DNA from: Promethearchaeota archaeon
GTDB lineage: Archaea > Asgardarchaeota > Lokiarchaeia > Sigyniarchaeales > SOKP01
NCBI GenBank assembly: GCA_048938025.1
Contig: JBHLMP010000027.1
Span: 1 to 53,516 of the forward strand
Direction of reading: 5' to 3'
Length of the DNA: 53,516 bases
The notes beneath the pieces are model-generated. The model was not told the origin of the DNA. It searched no databases and was given only the letters and a program-made list of their open reading frames with translations. Within the stretch, counting starts at the first letter, position 1; the number at the start of each line of letters is the position of its first letter. Below are positions 8,419 through 18,027 of the stretch, piece by piece. Both the position numbers and the translations under genes were made by a program.

Positions 8419-9585
8419 ATGGTAGAATATGATGTTATTATTATTGGTGCAGGAAGTGTAGGGGTTCCTACTGCTTTAGCTACAGTAAATGATGGACTTA
8501 AAACGCTCGTTATTGATTCATTCCCTTCAGTTGCTCAAGCAGACAATAAACACGCAATTGGTGGTATCCGAGCCACCCATTCACATAAAGGAAAAATATG
8601 GTTATGCCAGAGATCCATTGAAATTTTCTCTACTTGGGAAGAAAAATATGGGGACGATATTTGGTGGAACCAAGGTGGTTATGCTTTTGTCGCTTATGAA
8701 GAAGAACATGAGAAATTATTAAGAGATACAGTTAAACTCCAAAAAAGTTATGGATTAAACATTAATTATGTAGATACTGAAAAAATAAAGTATATCGTTC
8801 CAGGTATTAATGATAATGGATTATTGGGAGGAAGTTATAGTCCTGAAGATGGTAATGCTTCACCACTATTAGCTTTACATGCCTTTTATCGGCATTCAAA
8901 GAGTAATGGAGCGGAATATCATTTTAATGAAACAGTTTTAGAAATTTTACCCAAAAAGAACCAAGCAATAGAACTCAAAACATCTAAGGGAAGATATAAA
9001 ACTAATTATGTTATTAATGCTGCTGGAGCTTACGCAAAGGATCTCGGTAAAAAAATTGGGATTAATATACCATTAGAACCCGAATCTCATGAGGCAGGGA
9101 TAACAGAACCAGTAAAAAATTTCTTCTCAACTATGGTTGTGGATATTAGACCTTTTACAGATCCTAAATTTGGAGATTCTAAAAATTATTATTTTTATCA
9201 AAATAAAGAAGGAAAGATTTTATTTTGTTTAACACCAAATCCTAATATTCCCGGAATAGATAGGAGAGAAACAAGTTCATTTTTACCGCAAATTTCAAAA
9301 AGAATGATTCAACTTCTACCACGTTTGAGGAACATAAAAGTAAGGCGTACATGGCGTGGTTTATATCCAATGACTCCAGATGGAAATCCAATCGTAGGAA
9401 AAGTTGATGAGATTGAAGGATATATTAATGCAGTTGGAATGTGTGGACAAGGTTTTATGTTAGGACCTGGATTAGGAGAGCTTCTAAGTCGCTTAATAAC
9501 AGAGAAAATCACTTCAAGGGATAAAGAAATTTTAGAATTACTCTCTTTAACTAGGGATTTTAGTATTGAAGAAGAATTAAAATAA
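8419..9585 (+). CDS. DAO-family FAD oxidoreductase (dye-linked proline dehydrogenase/sarcosine oxidase beta-like catalytic subunit)
   Basis: GAGSVG dinucleotide fold, INAAG, WRGLYPMTPDGNPIVG and GMCGQGFMLGPG. Starts 11 nt after the alpha-like gene, with an AAGGAG Shine-Dalgarno-like site. Confidence 0.8.
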   Translation: MVEYDVIIIGAGSVGVPTALATVNDGLKTLVIDSFPSVAQADNKHAIGGIRATHSHKGKIWLCQRSIEIFSTWEEKYGDDIWWNQGGYAFVAYEEEHEKLLRDTVKLQKSYGLNINYVDTEKIKYIVPGINDNGLLGGSYSPEDGNASPLLALHAFYRHSKSNGAEYHFNETVLEILPKKNQAIELKTSKGRYKTNYVINAAGAYAKDLGKKIGINIPLEPESHEAGITEPVKNFFSTMVVDIRPFTDPKFGDSKNYYFYQNKEGKILFCLTPNPNIPGIDRRETSSFLPQISKRMIQLLPRLRNIKVRRTWRGLYPMTPDGNPIVGKVDEIEGYINAVGMCGQGFMLGPGLGELLSRLITEKITSRDKEILELLSLTRDFSIEEELK

Positions 9586-9661
9586 TGTTTTCAAAAAAAA
9601 TTATATAAAAATTAGCCTACATTTAAGATTTTGAAGATAGATTTAATTAAATTAATATATT

Positions 9662-10606
9662 ATGTGGTCTAAAATGATTCGACATCTATTAAAAGTTTCA
9701 GATTTTTCAAAAGAAGAATGTGAGAAGGTTATTAATAAATCAATTGAGATAAAGAGAAATCCTAAGAAATATAGTTCTACTCTAGAAGGAGAAACACTCT
9801 TAATGTTATTTGAAAAACCTTCCTTGAGAACCCGAATATCATTTGAAACTGGAATGCAACAATTAGGTGGACATGCGATTTTTTATTCAATTAAAGATTC
9901 ACCTTTAGGGAAGAAGGAGAATATTAGTGATACAGCTAAAGTTGCTTCTAGGTTTGTAAATATTATTGCTGCTCGTGTTTTCAAACGACAAGATATCTGG
10001 GATCTCGCGAAATATGCAGATGTCCCCGTGATAAATATGCTGGATGATTTCGCTCACCCATGTCAAATTCTAGGAGATTTTCAGACAATAAAAGAGAAAA
10101 AGAACAGCTTGGAGGATATGAAACTCTCTTATTTTGGTGATGCTCATAATAATGTTACTTATGATTTAATGCGGATTTGTACAATGTTTGGCTGGAGAAT
10201 GGATGTTGCCTGTCCTAATGCTCCAGAATATTCACCTGAACGAATAGTATTAGATGAAGTTTCAGAGATCTCCAAAGAAACTGGTGCTAATATAAGAGTA
10301 ATTCATAATGCTATGGAAGCTGCTCAAGAAGCTGATGTGATATATACAGATAGTTGGATGAGTTATGGAATACCAATAGAACAGGAAGAAGAGCGGAAAA
10401 TAGCTTTTATGCCTTATCAAGTTACATCATCAGTTATGAAAGCAGCTAATTTAGACGCGCTTTTTATGAATTGTTTACCAGCAATGAGGGGATATGAACA
10501 AACAGCTGATATAATTGATGGAGCCCAATCAATTGTTTTTGATCAAGCAGAAAATAGATTACATATTCAAAAAGCCATCATGCTCTTTTTACGAGATAAA
10601 TTTTAG
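9662..10606 (+). CDS. arcB: Ornithine carbamoyltransferase (start may be 9674)
   Basis: KPSLRT carbamoyl-phosphate motif, HPCQ, YTDSWMSY, NCLP and QAENR. Confidence 0.93.
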   Translation: MWSKMIRHLLKVSDFSKEECEKVINKSIEIKRNPKKYSSTLEGETLLMLFEKPSLRTRISFETGMQQLGGHAIFYSIKDSPLGKKENISDTAKVASRFVNIIAARVFKRQDIWDLAKYADVPVINMLDDFAHPCQILGDFQTIKEKKNSLEDMKLSYFGDAHNNVTYDLMRICTMFGWRMDVACPNAPEYSPERIVLDEVSEISKETGANIRVIHNAMEAAQEADVIYTDSWMSYGIPIEQEEERKIAFMPYQVTSSVMKAANLDALFMNCLPAMRGYEQTADIIDGAQSIVFDQAENRLHIQKAIMLFLRDKF

Positions 10607-10614
10607 ACTCAAAT

Positions 10615-11589
10615 TTAAATTCGTAAACCATTCAGAATCTGCTCAACTTCTTGATAGAGTCTTGGATAAATTTTCGCAAATAAGCGATACCAATCCACTC
10701 CAATTATTCCACTCGAAAGAATACAAAGAATAAACCCTATAAGAACCACTATTTCATTTTTCAACCCGAAAATCCTTTCTGGTAAAAAGAGTTTTCCATG
10801 CATTAACATATTTACAGAAAAACTATTGATTAGTATTCCCAAAGAATAAATTAATATTTTCGGAGATTTAAAAAAATGAACAGAATCGCCAGCAATTGAA
10901 CCAAATACAGCCGCTGTATCATTATCATTTATAATTTCTCTTCGCTCGATAAATTTAAACTTAATTATATCTTTTCTGTCTCTAAAAATTAGAAAACTTC
11001 CAGTAAATAAGAATAAATATAGTAAAATCATAGTAATTGCTAAGAAGATCCTTAATTCTTCCCTCATCACTTCATATTGAATTAAAAAGTAACGAATCAT
11101 CAATAGGAAAATGGCAATGATAACAAAAATAATGCCTACAAAACCTTCATGGAAGTGATAATTCTTAAAAACCTTTCCCTTTTCATTTTGGTTGGAATGA
11201 TTTTTGATATATTTCATTATGTACAATGTGAATCCGGGAGATATGATACAAATACCTAGTAATGCAGCAATAGTTCTTGAAGTGGACATATTCAAAAATT
11301 CAATATTTATATCAAAAAAATCCAGTAAATAAAGAAGAATCCATAAAAGAGCTCCAGATGTAATAATAAAGATAAAAAAGATACTATAGAACTTGTAATT
11401 AATTAAGAAAAAGAGAATGTAAAAAAAAAAGGTAAAGTATATAATAGTAATCATTCTATTAACTCTAACTTCAGAGGATTCCGAGTCGTATAATTTATTA
11501 TAATAAAAAAAATAATAAAGAACTATAAAACTTAAAATACCTAGACTTACAAGAATCGCCAGCTTAACGATTAATCTTAACTTTTTCAT
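10615..11589 (-). CDS. Hypothetical polytopic membrane protein
   Basis: 324 aa with about 7-8 hydrophobic segments and a YHFHEG motif at the start of one helix. Confidence 0.7.
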   Translation of the reverse strand: MKKLRLIVKLAILVSLGILSFIVLYYFFYYNKLYDSESSEVRVNRMITIIYFTFFFYILFFLINYKFYSIFFIFIITSGALLWILLYLLDFFDINIEFLNMSTSRTIAALLGICIISPGFTLYIMKYIKNHSNQNEKGKVFKNYHFHEGFVGIIFVIIAIFLLMIRYFLIQYEVMREELRIFLAITMILLYLFLFTGSFLIFRDRKDIIKFKFIERREIINDNDTAAVFGSIAGDSVHFFKSPKILIYSLGILINSFSVNMLMHGKLFLPERIFGLKNEIVVLIGFILCILSSGIIGVDWYRLFAKIYPRLYQEVEQILNGLRI

Positions 11590-11725
11590 AATTCCCTTGA
11601 AAATTTCTTCAAATATAGAATAATTAGTTCATTACATATAAATAATCTAATCTCTTTTTATGAGAAAAATTTTAAATAAAAAGTAAAATAATTTTATTTT
11701 TCTATTAAAAATGTGATTAAAATTA

Positions 11726-12643
11726 ATGAAAACTCTTATTGTTGCACTAGGCGGAAATGCTCTTATTAGGCCAGGTGAAGAAGGAACTGTAGAACAAATG
11801 ATGGATAATTTAAGAGCTCCAATTAAACAGATTGCAGAGCTCTCTAATGAGTATAACATCATAATCTCGCATGGTAATGGGCCTCAAGTGGGTCTTCTGT
11901 TACTCCAACAAGAGGCAACAGAGGTAGTTTCAAAGAGACCTTTACAAATATTAGTAGCAGAAACTCAAGGTCAAATTGGTTTCATGATTGAAAGTACTTT
12001 AGATGAGGAGCTGATGAAGATTGGTCTGGATGAACAAAAACTGTTTTTAACTGTTCTTACTTACGTTAAAGTCGATCCTGAGGATCCCGCATTTAAAAAC
12101 CCCACAAAACCAATTGGTCCAGCATATCCGGTTCGTACAAAATCAGGGCAGGTTAAAACGGCTAAGGGATGGCGCCAAGTTGTTCCTTCTCCTAAACCAA
12201 AAAAGATATATCAATGGCGGGAAATAAAAAAGTTAATGGAATTAGGGAGTTGGATTGTAATTGCATGTGGGGGTGGTGGCATTCCAGTTATAAAAGAAAA
12301 CAAGAGACTATATGGCGTTGAAGCGGTTATAGATAAAGATCTTGCGAGTTCTAAATTAGCTGAACAAATTAAGGCGGATATACTTCTTATTGCTACTGAT
12401 GTTGAGAAAGTTGCTCTAAATTATGGCACATCTAATCAAAAAGATCTCGAAAAACTTTCTGTATCTGAAGCAAAAAAATATTTAGAAGAAGGACAATTTC
12501 CTGCAGGGAGTATGGGACCGAAAATTCAAGCAATTATCAATTTTATGGAAGCAGGAGGGGAAAAAGCAATAATAACATCAATTGAAAAAATTAAGACGGC
12601 ATTAGAAGGAAAAGCAGGAACTCATATCTATTTGGATAATTAA
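11726..12643 (+). CDS. arcC: Carbamate kinase
   Basis: VALGGNAL, HGNGPQVG, PTKPIGP, VVPSP, GGGGIPV, EAVIDKD and GSMGPK. Confidence 0.96.
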   Translation: MKTLIVALGGNALIRPGEEGTVEQMMDNLRAPIKQIAELSNEYNIIISHGNGPQVGLLLLQQEATEVVSKRPLQILVAETQGQIGFMIESTLDEELMKIGLDEQKLFLTVLTYVKVDPEDPAFKNPTKPIGPAYPVRTKSGQVKTAKGWRQVVPSPKPKKIYQWREIKKLMELGSWIVIACGGGGIPVIKENKRLYGVEAVIDKDLASSKLAEQIKADILLIATDVEKVALNYGTSNQKDLEKLSVSEAKKYLEEGQFPAGSMGPKIQAIINFMEAGGEKAIITSIEKIKTALEGKAGTHIYLDN

Positions 12644-12683
12644 TAATTATTAAAGGCTATAAATAAAAGTAGAAAATTGAATT

Positions 12684-13946
12684 TTATTGTTTAACTAGCA
12701 CTTTTTCAATAATATCTACAGCCCAATCTATTTGTTCTTTAGTTATTATCAAGGGAGGCGCAAATCGAATAATTGTTGCATGAGTATCTTTAGCTAAAAT
12801 ACCATTTTCCATGAGTTCTTCTACAATTTGTCGAGCATTTTCTTCAAATTCGATGGCTATTAATAATCCTTTACCTCTAACTTCTTTAACTGGAATTTTT
12901 GTTCTTTTTTCAGCAATTTCTTTAAGTCTTTTCATAAAATAAGCACCCATCTTTTTAGCTCGTTCCGGTAAATTTTCGCGTAAATGGACATCTAATGATT
13001 TCATACCGACGGCAGATGCTAAAGGGTTCCCTCCAAAAGTACTTCCATGTGTTCCTGGTTTGATTACATCAGGACCGATAATATCTCGAGTCGTGACTAC
13101 AGCAGAAACAGGATAAACTCCACCTCCAAGAGCTTTTCCGAGTAACATCATATCTGGTTTCACATTTTCATGATCACAAGCAAATAATTCTCCTGTCCTT
13201 CCGAAACCCGTCTGAATTTCATCAACCATCATTAATACATTATATTTTGAACAGATTTCTCTCACTTCTTTTAAAAATCCTTCTGGAGGAACTTTTACGC
13301 CAGCTTCTCCTTGGAGGGGTTCAAACAGAAATGCTGCTATTGTTTCTGGACCAATTTCAAGGATTGTATTTTCTAATTCTTCAACATCTCCATATGGGAT
13401 TGTAATAAATCCAGGAGTATAAGGTCCAAAATTACCATAATAACGAGCTGCTGAAATATCTGTGCTAAAACCAACAATTGTAATAGTTCTTCCATGGAAA
13501 TTATCTCTACATACAATGATTTTTGCTTCTCCTTTGGGAATTTTTTTCTTAATATATCCCCATGCTCTTGCAACTTTCAATCCAGTTGAAACTGCTTCAG
13601 TACCCGTGTTCATTGGGAGTGCCATTATTCCTGAATTTTTAGAATCATTTATATGTGGTCCAACTATCTCACACAATTTCTTTAGAAATGGGCCCATTAC
13701 ATCATTATGAAATGCTCTAGAAGATAAAGTTACTTTATCCGCTTGCTCTTTCAAAGCTTTTATAATTTCAGGGTGGCAATGACCAGTATTTTGACTTGAA
13801 TATGCGGATAAACAATCCAAATACTTTTTATCTTCTGGATCATATACCCAAACACCTTCTGCTCTTGATATAACTACGGGGATTGGATGATAATTATGAG
13901 CACAATATTCATTATCAATTTCAATATAATCTTTCGAACTTGGCAT
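12684..13946 (-). CDS. rocD: Ornithine--oxo-acid aminotransferase
   Basis: AHNYHP, DCLSAYS, SRAF, NFHGRT, EPLQGEAG, DEIQTG, LGKALGGG (PLP Lys) and HGSTFGGNPL. Confidence 0.93.
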   Translation of the reverse strand: MPSSKDYIEIDNEYCAHNYHPIPVVISRAEGVWVYDPEDKKYLDCLSAYSSQNTGHCHPEIIKALKEQADKVTLSSRAFHNDVMGPFLKKLCEIVGPHINDSKNSGIMALPMNTGTEAVSTGLKVARAWGYIKKKIPKGEAKIIVCRDNFHGRTITIVGFSTDISAARYYGNFGPYTPGFITIPYGDVEELENTILEIGPETIAAFLFEPLQGEAGVKVPPEGFLKEVREICSKYNVLMMVDEIQTGFGRTGELFACDHENVKPDMMLLGKALGGGVYPVSAVVTTRDIIGPDVIKPGTHGSTFGGNPLASAVGMKSLDVHLRENLPERAKKMGAYFMKRLKEIAEKRTKIPVKEVRGKGLLIAIEFEENARQIVEELMENGILAKDTHATIIRFAPPLIITKEQIDWAVDIIEKVLVKQ

Positions 13947-14552
13947 ATTAGTTTGTATTTCTTTTGAATGATTATAATACTACTTTTATATATGAACATT
14001 CTCATTAAAATTTAGAGTTTTTTACTTATGATTTAGGGAAAAACTAGGATTAAATTACTGCAAAAAATCATTTATAAAATACTAAATAAAAGTATATAAT
14101 CTTAAAAAATTATATGAAAGATACTACTAAATTAGATATTTGATAAATTACAATCGATTATTTCAGTCGCAGGAAATTTATACAGAGCCTTTAATCAAAT
14201 TATTAAATTAGGAAATGCTCTTGAATTAACTCCCTTTGGAAAAATTCCTTCCATTGCATTTGAAGGTTTTACTGTATCTTGGTAAAGATCTAATAAAGTA
14301 TCTAGTTTGTAATATTAGAAGAAATTGAGCTTACTTTTTCAAATACTTTATCTTATTTGATTGTGGAAGTTTAAAGAAGCGCTATCTTCTAAGACTTCGT
14401 TGGCCATTCTAAAAATATTTATGAAACCAAACTTAAATTCTCAAATTTTGAATATTAATTTTAAAAAAAAGACTTATATATTAATTTGTCACAAGTATTA
14501 TTGAAAAAAATTTATTAAAAAAAGTAGTCCAAATAAAAAGTGATATAGAAAA

Positions 14553-17030
14553 ATGAAAAAAAAATTATTGATTTGTATTTTTTCATTCATGATGGTGCTT
14601 TTAGTTATTCCAATGACACCAGCAACTGCCTGTGGTCACGCTTGGGGTCGAAGAAGAATCACTATAATTAGAGATGACTATGGTGTTCCTCATATATATG
14701 CAAACACAAAAGAAGGATTAGCATTTGGTTGCGGTTATGCAATGGCTCAAGATAGACTTTGGCAAGCAGATTTATATAGGAGAGACTCTTTTGGCAGCCT
14801 TGCCGAATTTGGTTTTAGAACCATTGAGCAAGATTATAACACTAGAAGTATGGGTTATAGTAAAGAAGAATTATTGGAAATATTTGAAAGTTGGGTACCT
14901 TCTAGTCCTAAAGCAAAGCTTAAGGAAATGATGTTAGCTTACGTAGATGGTATAAACCTATATATTTCAGAAGCTTTAGAAGCCTATGCTAATGGCAACC
15001 CTTCTCTTATGCCTATTGAATATCTCCCAGGAGTAATTACTCCCGATGGTCTTCCCCTAGTACCTTTTACCATCGAAGATACCACAGCTATAGTTGTAAT
15101 GATGGCTTGGAGATTTGGCTTATGTGGTGGAAGTGAACTCCAATATGCTGCAGCCCTCCAGGCTTTAAATACCATGTATGATGGAGAAACTGCTTGGGCA
15201 ATTTTTAACGACAATTACCCTCAAGTCGATCCTGGAGCACCAACCACAATACCAAGCTCTGGATGCCATTATCCTGGACCTGGAAGTTGCTGTGCCATAC
15301 CTTCACTTCCAAACAATATTGGTGAGATCTACCAGGAATACGAAACTATCAAGATGGGGCAAGATCAATTATTAGAATCGATGGGTTTACCTACAAAATT
15401 TGGAAGCAATGCATGGATGGTGTCTCCATGGAAATCTGAAACGGGAAATGCAATGCAAGTAGGAGGGCCACAAATGGGGCATTCAACTCCACAGATTGTA
15501 TTGGAGGTAGGGTTACATGGTGCTGGAATTGATGCTGTTGGTATGATGATGCCTCATGCTCCAACCATCTTGATTGGTGTAAGTCAATATGGTGCATGGA
15601 CATCAACCACAGGCTCTTCGGATAATGCTGATACTTACATTGAAGTTTTAAATCCTGACAATCCTTATCAATACCGATATAATGGTGAATGGGTCGATAT
15701 GGAAAAGAGAACAGAGAGAATCTATGGATACAAACAACTCTGGTATGAAGAAAGGGATATTTATCGTACAATACATGGTCCTATTCTTGCTTGGGATTTC
15801 GATAATAACCTTTGTTATACTATGAAAGTACCATTCTATAAGAATGAGTTAGCAGCCGAAGAAGGTTGGTCACTCTTTCAACAAGCAAAAAACATTAAAG
15901 ATATGCAAGATGCTTGTAAACTCGTAGATCTAAGCCATAACTTCTATTGGATAGATAGACGTGGAAATATTGGCTTTTGGCATTCTGGTACTTACCCGAT
16001 TAAACCTACTTATGGATTAGAGGGAAGAATAATTGATGATAGATTTCCTTTATGGGGCACCGGAGAAGAAGAATGGGTTGGTCTAACAGGTTTTAATGAA
16101 ATGCCAAGATGCATAAATCCCACACAAGGGTATCTCGCCAACTGGAACAATAAACCAATAGCGGATTGGCCATATCGAGAGGCAGATTGGGGTGAAGTTC
16201 ATGGCGTTGCATGGATACAGGAACAATTAGCAACAGGGGGTAAAATTTCATTTGAAGAAATGGCAGAAATCAATTTTAATACTGGAGAAAACAATTATGC
16301 TGGAAATGTCTTCCTTGATTTTCTTATAAACGCAGCAAAAACCGATTCTAGTATTCCAACTGAAGTTATAGATGCCCTTGAAGACTGGGATAATCAGTAC
16401 AATGACGTGTTAGATCCGAAATATCCTGATTCTAGCGCAACATATGACGATCCCGGTCTTACAATCTTTAATAGATGGTATAGCAGGATTGATAATGAAG
16501 TATTTGATAATGACCTTCCACCAGGGGTAGGAGGAGGTGCTAGCACACTTCTTCACGTTTTTGATGGAGAAGACTCAAAATTACCTCTTAATTATGATTA
16601 TCTTAATGGAGAAGATCGAGATACTGTAATTGTTCGAGTATTAAAAGATGCTCTTGTTTACTTAGAAACACAATATGGGTCAAGCGATGTATCGGATTGG
16701 CTTACTCCTGTTCGATTAACATATCTTTGGTCGCAAGGAGCTCTACCTACACCAAAAATGCATAGTATGAATCGTGGAACATATAATCACATAGCAGAGA
16801 TGCCAAGGAGAGGAAGATCGTGTTGGTGCTACAAGTCTGACCCGCATGCTGTAAATGTCATTCCTCCTGGGCAAAGTGGATTCATAACTCTAGTAAATGG
16901 TGTGCCTACTATAAGTCCTCATGCATATGATCAACTTGCGTTATATGATACTTGGACATATAAACCTGTACGTTATAGTTATTGGGATAATTGGAAAGTT
17001 CGAGAATCTGTTGAAATTTTATATTATTAG
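14553..17030 (+). CDS. Secreted penicillin acylase family (peptidase S45, Ntn hydrolase) protein
   Basis: Signal peptide MKKK plus a hydrophobic stretch; RDDYGVPHIYA, GYAMAQDRLWQ, GSNAW (nucleophile Ser at the beta-chain start), RTIHGP and ANWNNKP. Confidence 0.92.
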   Translation: MKKKLLICIFSFMMVLLVIPMTPATACGHAWGRRRITIIRDDYGVPHIYANTKEGLAFGCGYAMAQDRLWQADLYRRDSFGSLAEFGFRTIEQDYNTRSMGYSKEELLEIFESWVPSSPKAKLKEMMLAYVDGINLYISEALEAYANGNPSLMPIEYLPGVITPDGLPLVPFTIEDTTAIVVMMAWRFGLCGGSELQYAAALQALNTMYDGETAWAIFNDNYPQVDPGAPTTIPSSGCHYPGPGSCCAIPSLPNNIGEIYQEYETIKMGQDQLLESMGLPTKFGSNAWMVSPWKSETGNAMQVGGPQMGHSTPQIVLEVGLHGAGIDAVGMMMPHAPTILIGVSQYGAWTSTTGSSDNADTYIEVLNPDNPYQYRYNGEWVDMEKRTERIYGYKQLWYEERDIYRTIHGPILAWDFDNNLCYTMKVPFYKNELAAEEGWSLFQQAKNIKDMQDACKLVDLSHNFYWIDRRGNIGFWHSGTYPIKPTYGLEGRIIDDRFPLWGTGEEEWVGLTGFNEMPRCINPTQGYLANWNNKPIADWPYREADWGEVHGVAWIQEQLATGGKISFEEMAEINFNTGENNYAGNVFLDFLINAAKTDSSIPTEVIDALEDWDNQYNDVLDPKYPDSSATYDDPGLTIFNRWYSRIDNEVFDNDLPPGVGGGASTLLHVFDGEDSKLPLNYDYLNGEDRDTVIVRVLKDALVYLETQYGSSDVSDWLTPVRLTYLWSQGALPTPKMHSMNRGTYNHIAEMPRRGRSCWCYKSDPHAVNVIPPGQSGFITLVNGVPTISPHAYDQLALYDTWTYKPVRYSYWDNWKVRESVEILYY

Positions 17031-17048
17031 ATATTCAAATAAATTTTG

Positions 17049-17076
17049 AAAAAAATTAATTAAATTTTTTTTTTTA
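17049..17076 (+). terminator. Oligo-T tract after the acylase gene (archaeal-type terminator candidate)
   Basis: A-run, TTAATTAA, then a T11 run, about 35 nt after the stop and between convergent genes. Confidence 0.35.
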
Positions 17077-17234
17077 ATTATCTGCTTAAATTTTAGTGTA
17101 ATTTCTTCTATAATCACTCTTGGAATATTTAGATTACAAAAGAGATAGGATCTAAGTTATATTTAAAATTTATACCAAAAAAAATGATAATTTCGGATAT
17201 AATTAATCTCATTTATTAGCAATTAGTCTAACCT

Positions 17235-18026
17235 TTATTCTAAACTTTTTCTTCTCATAAGTTCTTTAATAGCAAAAGTTGCTACAATTTCAGCATATGT
17301 ACCTGGCCCAAATCCTGAATCATATCCTAATTCTTTCGCTAATTCATTACTTATTCTGGCACCACCGCAAATCAAAATGATTTGATCTCTTATTCCTTCA
17401 GCTTCTAAAAGTTCTACTAAATTAGTTAAATTTTTCACATGGATATTTTTTTGAGTTACTGTTTGAGATACAAGTAAAACATCAGCTCTTAATTCTATTG
17501 CCTTTTTAACAAATTCTTCATTGGACATTTGACTTCCTAGGTTATAAGTTTTAATCATTTCATATCTTTCTAGACCATAATGTCCAGCATATCCTTTCAT
17601 ATTCATAATAGCGTCAATTCCTACTGTATGCGCATCTGTCCCTGTGGTGGCTCCAAGGATAATAACTTTACGTTTAATGTTTTCTTTTATAAAGTTATTA
17701 ATCTCTTCAACGGACATAGTCTCTACTGTAATAGATTCTGCTTTAATATTAGTATAATCTATAGTGTGAACTATACTCCCATAAATCACAAAAAATGTAA
17801 AACCTTCATCTAAGGGAATATGAAATACTATGGAGGGGTCTTCTAAACCCATTTTCATAGCCAATTGCTTGGCTGCTATGCTTGCTTTTTCTCCATCCAT
17901 AACAGGAAGAGTAAAACTAACCTGTACCTTACCATCATTCATAGTGTCTCCATAAGGTTTGATCCTTTTCAAATCAAGAGTTTTATCAAAATCTTTCTTT
18001 TCTGTTGAGTATAATCCTCCTCTCAT
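17235..18026 (-). CDS. kamE: Lysine 5,6-aminomutase beta subunit (B12-binding)
   Basis: KPYGDTMNDGKVQ, the DAHTVG base-off cobalamin motif, NMKG (PLP Lys) and VSQTVTQKN. Confidence 0.96.
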   Translation of the reverse strand: MRGGLYSTEKKDFDKTLDLKRIKPYGDTMNDGKVQVSFTLPVMDGEKASIAAKQLAMKMGLEDPSIVFHIPLDEGFTFFVIYGSIVHTIDYTNIKAESITVETMSVEEINNFIKENIKRKVIILGATTGTDAHTVGIDAIMNMKGYAGHYGLERYEMIKTYNLGSQMSNEEFVKKAIELRADVLLVSQTVTQKNIHVKNLTNLVELLEAEGIRDQIILICGGARISNELAKELGYDSGFGPGTYAEIVATFAIKELMRRKSLE

Positions 18027-18027
18027 A

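Noticed and set aside
14136-14450. Coding-like fragments in the gap before the acylase (…LELTPFGKIPSIAFEGFTVSW*, …DFVGHS…)
   Set aside because: Broken by stops in every frame, with no start and no family I can support. At most a highly decayed gene.
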